DNA from: Patescibacteria group bacterium
GTDB lineage: Bacteria > Patescibacteriota > Gracilibacteria > JAHISY01
Assembly (NCBI GenBank): GCA_043799575.1
Contig: JAZDNQ010000026.1
Coordinates: 1 to 47,083, forward strand
Length of the DNA: 47,083 bases
Reading direction: 5' to 3'
The notes under the pieces are model-generated. The model ran no database searches. It saw nothing but the letters and a program-made list of their open reading frames with translations, and was not told the origin of the DNA. The stretch's first letter is position 1. Each line of letters starts with the position of its first letter. The translations under genes were made by a program, and so were the position numbers. Shown here one piece after another: positions 41,169 through 47,083 of this stretch.

Positions 41169-44100
41169 ATGCAGCCCAAAAAAGTCCTCGTGCTCGGTTC
41201 TGGCGCGCTCAAAATTGGTGAGGCCGGCGAGTTCGATTATTCGGGCAGCCAAGCGATCAAAGCGCTTCGCGAAGAGGGAATCACGACGATCCTCGTGAAT
41301 CCGAATATCGCGACGAATCAAACTTCCGCGGGTGTCGCCGACCGTGTTTATTTCCTCCCCGTCACTCCCCGTTTCGTCGAGCGCATCATCCAAAAAGAAA
41401 AACCGGACGGGATTTTGCTCGCGTTCGGCGGACAGACAGCGCTTAATTGCGGTGTCGAATTAGAGAAGCGCGGTGTGTTTAAAAAATTCGGCGTCCGCGT
41501 GCTCGGTACGCAAATTTCCGCGATCGAGGCGACCGAGGATCGCGAGATTTTCGTCAAAAAATTATCCGAAATTGGAGTGACGACGGCGCGTGCGGTCGCG
41601 ATTTCCGACATCTCCAAAGGTCTCGCCGCGGCTCAAAAAATTGGCTTTCCAGTTATCGTCCGTGCGGCGTACGCGCTCGGCGGTAAAGGCTCGGGCTTCG
41701 CGAAAAACGCGACTGAGCTGAGAAAATTGCTCGAAGTAGCGTTTTCCGCGAGCCCGCAAGTTTTGATCGAGGAGGATTTGCGCGGCTGGAAAGAAATCGA
41801 ATACGAAGTCGTGCGCGATTCCGCCGACACGTGTTTGACGGTTTGCAACATGGAAAATTTCGATCCGCTCGGGATTCATACCGGCGAGTCGATCGTCGTC
41901 GCGCCGTCGCAAACTTTGAACAATTACGAATATCACGCGCTCCGCGAAATCGGCATTCGGGTGATTCGGCATCTCGGCATCGTCGGCGAATGCAACATTC
42001 AATACGCACTGCATCCGAATCCGACTGATCCGCACAAAATCGATTATCGCGTGATCGAAGTGAACGCGCGACTTTCCCGCAGTTCCGCGCTAGCGTCGAA
42101 AGCGACCGGATATCCGCTCGCGCATGTCGCCGCGAAACTCGCCCTCGGCAAAAGATTGGACGAAGTGCCGAACGCGGTGACCGGCAACACGACCGCGTGT
42201 TTTGAGCCGGCGCTCGATTATCTCGTTCTCAAAATTCCACGCTGGGATCTCCAAAAATTCCGCAAAGTTTCCGCGGAAATCGGCAGTGAAATGAAATCCG
42301 TCGGCGAAGTGATGGCGATCGGACGTTCGTTCGAAGAAGTACTCCAAAAAGCGTTGCGCATGCTACAAGTTGGGGCGTATGGTTTCAGTCACGCCAATTT
42401 CAAATTCGACTCGCTCGAAAAAATTATTTCGAAGCCAACGCCGGAAAGAATTTTCGCGATCGCGCGCGCGTTGCGCGACGGTTGGTCGGTAGCGAAAATC
42501 AAAAAATTGACCGGCATCGACGAGTGGTTTCTCGAGAAATGTAAAAACATCGCGGACTTTGAGCGCGACATTCTCAAAGCCCAAAAAGGAAAATTGTCGA
42601 AAGAAGAATTTTCTCGCGCGAAAAAACTCGGCTTTTCCGATTCGCAAATCGCGTGGCGCGCAGGAGTTGGCGAGCTAGAAATTCGGAAGCGCCGCAAAAA
42701 ATTCGGCATTTTCCCCGTCGTCAAAAAGATCGATACTTTCGCCGCGGAGTTTCCCGCGCGGACGAATTATCTTTATCTGACCTACCACGGCGATACGAGC
42801 GACGAAATTAAATTCTCGAAAAAACCCGACCTTCGCTCTTCGAGCTTCGGCGGGCTACGGCCTCGCGCGGTCGTGCTCGGTTCGGGTGCGTACTGCATCG
42901 GCTCGTCGGTCGAGTTCGATTGGTGCTGCGTCTCCGCCGTCCAAACTTTGGCCAAAAACGGCTTCGAGACGATCATGATCAATTACAATCCGGAGACTGT
43001 TTCGACGGATTACGACACTTGCGACCAACTTTATTTCGACGAGCTTTCCGTTGAAAGAGTTTTGGACATTCTCGATTTCACGAAACCGAAAGGCGTCGTC
43101 GTTTCGACGGGCGGACAAATTCCAAATAATCTCGTCGGGAAATTAGCGGCCGAAAAAGTTCCGATTTTCGGCACTTCCCCGATCTCGATCGACCGCGCCG
43201 AGTCGCGCGAAAAATTTTCGAAACTTTGCGATTCGCTCGATATCGACCAACCGCAGTGGTCCGAGTTCACCCAAAATTCCGATGCGATGTCTTTCGCAAA
43301 AAAAGTCGGTTATCCGGTTCTCGTTCGTCCGAGTTACGTCCTCTCCGGTGCCGCGATGTCAGTCGCATTCACTGCCGAGCAGCTCCAAAATTACCTCGCG
43401 AAGGCGACGAAAATTTCGCTTGATGCGCCCGTCGTGATTTCCAAATTTGAAGAAGGCGCGCGCGAAATCGATTTCGACGGAGTCGCCGCCGACGGAAAGC
43501 TCGTAATTTTCGCGGTTTCCGAGCATGTCGAAAATGCGGGCGTGCATTCCGGCGACGCGACTTTAGTTCTCCCACCACAAAAAACTTATCTCGAAACAAT
43601 TAAACGGATCAAAATTATCGCGAAAAAATTAGCCGCGGAATTGAAAATTACCGGCCCGTTCAACATCCAATTTCTCGCGAAAGAAAATCGCGTCGCGGTC
43701 ATTGAGCTGAATTTGCGTGCGTCGCGCTCGTTCCCCTTCGTCTCCAAAGTCTCGGGACACAATTTCATCGCGATCGCGATCGAGGCGATGCTCGGTAAAG
43801 TTCAATCCAAAAAATGGCGGAAACAAAACTATCAAACTCTCGACTTGAATCACGTCGGCGTGAAAGCCGCACAGTTCTCTTTCTCGCGACTCAAAGGCGC
43901 AGATCCGACTCTCGGCGTCGAGATGGCGTCGACCGGCGAAGTCGCGTGCTTCGGCGAAAACCTCCACGAGGCTTTTCTCAAAGCGCAGATCGCGGTCGGT
44001 TTCCGTTTGCCAAAGAAAAACATTCTAATCTCGACTGGCTCGATTGATTCGAAACTGGCCTTCCTCCCCTCGGCGCAAAAATTAGTCGTGATGGGTTTCA

Positions 44101-44420
44101 AACTTTTCGCGACACCGGGCACTTCCCGCTTTTTGACCGACAACGGTGTCCCGAATTCACTCGTGCATTTTCCGCTCGAAAAGCAGAAACCCAATGTACT
44201 CGACCTTTTTGCCCAAAAACAAATTGGGATGGTCGTGAATATTCCGAAAAATTACCAAGCTGAGGAAATGACGAATGGCTATCTGATTCGCCGCCGCGCG
44301 ACGGATTTCGGCATCCCGTTGTTCGTCAATCCACAAGTCGCGAAATTGGTCGTCGATTCGCTGGAGCAATATCGCGATCTCGAGTTGCCGATCAAAGCGT
44401 GGGATGAGTATTTGAAATAA
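41169..44420 (+). CDS. carB: Carbamoyl-phosphate synthase large subunit
   Basis: The 1083-aa protein has duplicated ATP-grasp halves (KVLVLGSGALKIGEAGEFDYSG and AVVLGSGAYCIGSSVEFDWC) and a C-terminal MGS-like domain. No carA is adjacent. Confidence 0.95.
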   Translation: MQPKKVLVLGSGALKIGEAGEFDYSGSQAIKALREEGITTILVNPNIATNQTSAGVADRVYFLPVTPRFVERIIQKEKPDGILLAFGGQTALNCGVELEKRGVFKKFGVRVLGTQISAIEATEDREIFVKKLSEIGVTTARAVAISDISKGLAAAQKIGFPVIVRAAYALGGKGSGFAKNATELRKLLEVAFSASPQVLIEEDLRGWKEIEYEVVRDSADTCLTVCNMENFDPLGIHTGESIVVAPSQTLNNYEYHALREIGIRVIRHLGIVGECNIQYALHPNPTDPHKIDYRVIEVNARLSRSSALASKATGYPLAHVAAKLALGKRLDEVPNAVTGNTTACFEPALDYLVLKIPRWDLQKFRKVSAEIGSEMKSVGEVMAIGRSFEEVLQKALRMLQVGAYGFSHANFKFDSLEKIISKPTPERIFAIARALRDGWSVAKIKKLTGIDEWFLEKCKNIADFERDILKAQKGKLSKEEFSRAKKLGFSDSQIAWRAGVGELEIRKRRKKFGIFPVVKKIDTFAAEFPARTNYLYLTYHGDTSDEIKFSKKPDLRSSSFGGLRPRAVVLGSGAYCIGSSVEFDWCCVSAVQTLAKNGFETIMINYNPETVSTDYDTCDQLYFDELSVERVLDILDFTKPKGVVVSTGGQIPNNLVGKLAAEKVPIFGTSPISIDRAESREKFSKLCDSLDIDQPQWSEFTQNSDAMSFAKKVGYPVLVRPSYVLSGAAMSVAFTAEQLQNYLAKATKISLDAPVVISKFEEGAREIDFDGVAADGKLVIFAVSEHVENAGVHSGDATLVLPPQKTYLETIKRIKIIAKKLAAELKITGPFNIQFLAKENRVAVIELNLRASRSFPFVSKVSGHNFIAIAIEAMLGKVQSKKWRKQNYQTLDLNHVGVKAAQFSFSRLKGADPTLGVEMASTGEVACFGENLHEAFLKAQIAVGFRLPKKNILISTGSIDSKLAFLPSAQKLVVMGFKLFATPGTSRFLTDNGVPNSLVHFPLEKQKPNVLDLFAQKQIGMVVNIPKNYQAEEMTNGYLIRRRATDFGIPLFVNPQVAKLVVDSLEQYRDLELPIKAWDEYLK

Positions 44421-44501
44421 ATAAATCAAAACAAGAAGCGATAGCTAACATTGATAAATAGTGCTTTTTGTGTTAAAATGAAAAAACCATAAAAACCAAT
44501 T

Positions 44502-45425
44502 TTGACACAGAAAGCATTAGAACCTAGCGACCACGAACCACTTACCGGCGGGGAAGTTCCAAAAAAACAAAACAGAATCAACTCACCCGACGCGAAACTA
44601 GGTTTTTTAGCGCAACTTGCAAGACCACTTCAAAGGTTTTTTGTAGAAAAGACTCTATTGGGTCAAGAAGCTTCGCCAAACAAAAAGGCAGAACACATTC
44701 CGCGCTCAAAGGCAGACGGGCAGACTTCTGATTCTGTATCCGTCCATGATTTAAGTAGCCCAGAGGTTGACCAAGAGTTGCAAAAGAAAAGTTTTTTACA
44801 AGAAGCGACAGAGGAATTTAAAGATATTTTGCGACTCAATTGGCAAATTCTAAAAAATCCAAAGCTCATCAGGGATGGTTTTATGGAGGTAATAAAAGAT
44901 TATTTTAACTTAATTCGATCTTTGTCTGTGAAAGGCAATCGCACCCTCAATGAAGAAGAGGTTTTGGGAGCTAAAGTCTCGCAATCGCTCGGCATTAGCG
45001 AGCTGGTTTCTTTTCCTGGAACGATTTTAGGTATAGAGGCGCTGTCAGTTTTCGATATTCAGGCAATGACGGGTATTTCACAAGAAGTAATTAATACGGT
45101 CGGTGCGATCGCTGGCAATTATCTCTCTGCAGTGATCAGCTTTTTGCTTTCCTATCTTTTGCTGACAGCCAAGCAAAAGAATTATGGGTTGAAGAAATCG
45201 TGGAAAGACGGCTTAAGAGTTGTGAAAGACTGTGTTCCGGCTGCTGCAGCTTTATATACTTTCAATGCCCCACTAATGACAGCACTTCAGGCTATTGGGC
45301 TTAGCGGGGAGCTAGCAAGCGGATTAGTCACTATTTTTGGAATAATCATTTTTATGGGTGTTGCGAAAGTCTCCGCGAGTAAACGTATTGACGAGACGGT
45401 TAAGGTTCAGTCGAGCGAGCAATAA
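44502..45425 (+). CDS. Hypothetical membrane protein (up to 307 aa; start uncertain, TTG in the track)
   Basis: This long ORF lies in a visibly lower-GC stretch. It has a hydrophilic N-terminal half and 3-4 hydrophobic helices in the C-terminal half. No motif was recognised. Confidence 0.55.
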   Translation: MTQKALEPSDHEPLTGGEVPKKQNRINSPDAKLGFLAQLARPLQRFFVEKTLLGQEASPNKKAEHIPRSKADGQTSDSVSVHDLSSPEVDQELQKKSFLQEATEEFKDILRLNWQILKNPKLIRDGFMEVIKDYFNLIRSLSVKGNRTLNEEEVLGAKVSQSLGISELVSFPGTILGIEALSVFDIQAMTGISQEVINTVGAIAGNYLSAVISFLLSYLLLTAKQKNYGLKKSWKDGLRVVKDCVPAAAALYTFNAPLMTALQAIGLSGELASGLVTIFGIIIFMGVAKVSASKRIDETVKVQSSEQ

Positions 45426-45456
45426 TCCATATAGTTGTTTTCAAATAAGACAAAAA

Positions 45457-45479
45457 CCCCGCCGAGTGGGCGAGGTTTT
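45457..45479 (+). terminator. Intrinsic terminator downstream of the 307-aa ORF
   Basis: CCCCGCC-GAGTG-GGCGAGG forms a 7-position stem with one C-A mismatch, followed by TTTT and preceded by AAAAA. Confidence 0.5.
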
Positions 45480-45727
45480 CGATATTCTTCCTTCAGACCG
45501 TCTGCTCCGGAAAGCAGCAATCCTGTAATTCAGGTGGGGAATCTTTCGCTGATCGGATTTGACCAGTGAAATGTACGAGTCCCCTTAAATTTTGTGAGCG
45601 ATTTGGCTTCACGCCGAGTTCGCGAGAATGAAAGAATTATCTACAATTTACCCGAACAAAAAATGTGTGCAATCAAATCGAGTTGCGCCCGATTTCAAAA
45701 TATTTTTGCACCATCTTTCCGCGATTT

Positions 45728-46381
45728 TCACCCACCAAATGTTGTGCTCAAATTAATCGCGGCAAACACGATGCTGACGAGTCGGCCGAGGATTTCCCAC
45801 AAAAGATCATAATTAAAGACGAATCCGAACGCGATGAGTCCGAAAAGTAGAATCGGACCATTGCGGCGATATTTTTCGCCCAGCCTGGCTGGCAAAAAAT
45901 TTACGACCACGCCTCCTCCGTCGAGCGGTGGGATGGGCAAAAGATTGAAAACCATAATCACAATATTCACAAACATCACATTCTGCACGAAAAGAAAGGC
46001 AATCGAGCCCGGCTCGAGCAAATTGTGCGGAATTGCCAAAGCCAAAGCGACGACGAAATTCGCGAGCGGGCCAGCGAGACTGGTCAAAATCTCGCCAGTT
46101 TTTGGATTTGCGAAATTCGCCGGATTGATCGGGACGGGTTTTCCCCAGCCGAATCCCGCGAAAAGCAGCATGATTGTCCCAAACGGGTCGAGATGTTTCA
46201 GCGGATTTAAGCTAATTCGTCCGGCCCATTTCGCGGTCGGATCGCCGAGATAATCGGCGGCTGCGGCGTGAGCCATTTCGTGAAATGTGAGCGCGACCAA
46301 AAAGCCGATCACCCAGGAAAGCATTTCGAAGATCGGTAAGTTGAGTAAAAACATTTTTTCTCGTAAAATCTCCCGGCTCAA
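45728..46381 (-). CDS. Site-2 protease family zinc metalloprotease (peptidase M50)
   Basis: The protein carries [14 protein letters not shown] (HExxH), is polytopic and has an LPIPPLDGG motif. The start is either TTG 46381 or ATG 46354. Confidence 0.85.
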   Translation of the reverse strand: MSREILREKMFLLNLPIFEMLSWVIGFLVALTFHEMAHAAAADYLGDPTAKWAGRISLNPLKHLDPFGTIMLLFAGFGWGKPVPINPANFANPKTGEILTSLAGPLANFVVALALAIPHNLLEPGSIAFLFVQNVMFVNIVIMVFNLLPIPPLDGGGVVVNFLPARLGEKYRRNGPILLFGLIAFGFVFNYDLLWEILGRLVSIVFAAINLSTTFGG

Positions 46382-46401
46382 TTAATTTTAACATTCTCCC
46401 A

Positions 46402-46614
46402 ATGAGTAAAGTTTGTAGTCTTTGCAGCAAGCGACCAGCAGCTGGCAACAAAGTTTCGCATTCGAAGCGCCGCACGCGTCGCCGTTTTCTCCCGAATTTA
46501 GTCTCCAAAAAATTCTCCGGCGTAAAAGTTTTGATCTGTACGAGCTGTCTGCGGACTTTGCAAAAGCCGACCAAAGAAAAAAATGTGGCGGCGGAGTCCT
46601 CCTCCGAAAAATAA
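46402..46614 (+). CDS. rpmB: 50S ribosomal protein L28
   Basis: [33 protein letters not shown] is the typical L28 N-terminus. Length is 70 aa. Confidence 0.9.
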   Translation: MSKVCSLCSKRPAAGNKVSHSKRRTRRRFLPNLVSKKFSGVKVLICTSCLRTLQKPTKEKNVAAESSSEK

Positions 46615-46672
46615 TTCAACCTCACTTCGCAAATCGGGGTGAGGGTTGCCTCGCCCAGTTTTGAAATTTCGC

Positions 46673-46725
46673 AAACGGAGGGATCGCATAGCCCCAAAGG
46701 GGTCCCCTTGGGATGGCCGAGCGCT
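46673..46725 (+). repeat. Partial duplicate of the tRNA-Ser 5' part (acceptor 5' strand plus D arm), interrupted by a 22-nt G/C-palindromic insert
   Basis: AAACGGAGGGATCGCATAG (46673-46691) is identical to 46988-47006. Then comes CCCCAAAGGGGTCCCCTTGGGA, followed by TGGCCGAGCGCT, which matches tRNA TGGCCGAGTGCGCT. Confidence 0.8.
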
Positions 46726-46737
46726 AAAATAATTACG

Positions 46738-46989
46738 ATGCACTTCGTTTATATTTTAAAAAGCGTTGGCAGAAAAAGATTTTATATCGGGGTGAGTAGC
46801 GATGTCTCCAAAAGACTACTAGAGCACAACAGAGGTTGTGCAAAATCTACCAAACCTTATCGTCCATGGCAGATCGTTTATACCGAAAAATTTGAATCCA
46901 AAACCGCAGCCTACAAAAGAGAGTTTTATCTAAAGCACCCACAAGGCTATCTAGAAAAGAAAAAGATCATTGACAGTTTGAAAGTTTAA
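46738..46989 (+). CDS. GIY-YIG nuclease-domain protein (83 aa)
   Basis: FVYILKSVGRKRFYIGVSSDVSKRLLEHN...R.W.IVYTE.F.SK..A..RE..LK is the classic stand-alone GIY-YIG pattern. Start is at ATG 46738. Confidence 0.85.
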   Translation: MHFVYILKSVGRKRFYIGVSSDVSKRLLEHNRGCAKSTKPYRPWQIVYTEKFESKTAAYKREFYLKHPQGYLEKKKIIDSLKV

Positions 46990-46991
46990 AC

Positions 46992-47081
46992 GGAGGGATC
47001 GCATAGTGGCCGAGTGCGCTCGCTTGGAAAGCGGGTAGGCGGGCAACTGCCTCGAGGGTTCGAATCCCTCTCCCTCCGCCA
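46992..47081 (+). tRNA. tRNA-Ser (anticodon GGA), long variable arm, CCA encoded
   Basis: Hand-folded cloverleaf: acceptor GGAGGGA/TCCCTCC, anticodon stem CTCGC/GCGGG with loop TTGGAAA, variable arm AGGCGGGCAACTGCCT, T arm GAGGG-TTCGAAT-CCCTC, then G-CCA. Confidence 0.88.
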
Positions 47082-47083
47082 TT

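Noticed and set aside
45484-45542. SRP (4.5S) RNA call, based on the UCCGGAA...AGCAGCAA similarity to helix 8.
   Set aside because: The conserved GGAA tetraloop closing pairs and the asymmetric-loop geometry are not reproduced, because the AGCAG pairs with CTGCT instead. It is kept only as an unassigned structured candidate pending a covariance-model search.

Overview
This is a 47-kb chromosomal segment from an uncultivated bacterium using the standard genetic code. Shine-Dalgarno motifs are almost absent, genes are tightly packed or overlapping, and small lysine-rich, four-helix-bundle and GIY-YIG passenger genes occur. These traits look Patescibacteria/CPR-like, but that placement is inference only.

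The window opens in the 3' end of a 23S rRNA, followed by 5S rRNA and a decayed mobile/restriction remnant. About 42 protein genes follow:
- Housekeeping and metabolism: class III ribonucleotide reductase (nrdD, nrdG, a thioredoxin-fold gene), citrate synthase, secA, two ssb paralogues, citramalate synthase, a GlmU-like enzyme, nadB-nadC-elp3, a SAM methyltransferase, ppsA, a LOG-family protein, dapA, dnaN, thrC, ilvE, carB, an M50 protease and rpmB.
- Envelope proteins: an FN3/Ig-repeat protein, an SLH+CAP protein, an SLH+S41 protease and a PKD+polytopic membrane protein.
- RNA genes: tRNA-Arg(UCG) and tRNA-Ser(GGA).

I saw no CRISPR array, intact transposase or integrase.

Observations most worth follow-up:
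1. nrdD is cut by one in-frame TAA just before its glycyl-radical domain, which survives as an intact, translationally coupled 59-codon ORF.
2. Threonine synthase is fused to a LeuA-type allosteric domain and sits next to ilvE.
3. A tightly coupled operon of three unrecognisable membrane proteins plus a membrane-anchored HTH protein lies at 36.3-41.0 kb. This is the best candidate for an undescribed system.
4. There are tRNA-linked scars: an 18-nt duplication of the tRNA-Arg 3' end around a 175-nt hairpin-rich segment, and a GIY-YIG cassette flanked by a duplicated tRNA-Ser 5' part.
5. A perfect 30-bp palindrome is inserted in frame in a methyltransferase gene.
6. A sharp low-GC mosaic covers the 5' third of cimA and an AT-rich spacer carrying DnaA-box-like sites.

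All functional calls rest on motif recognition by eye; no database search was run.
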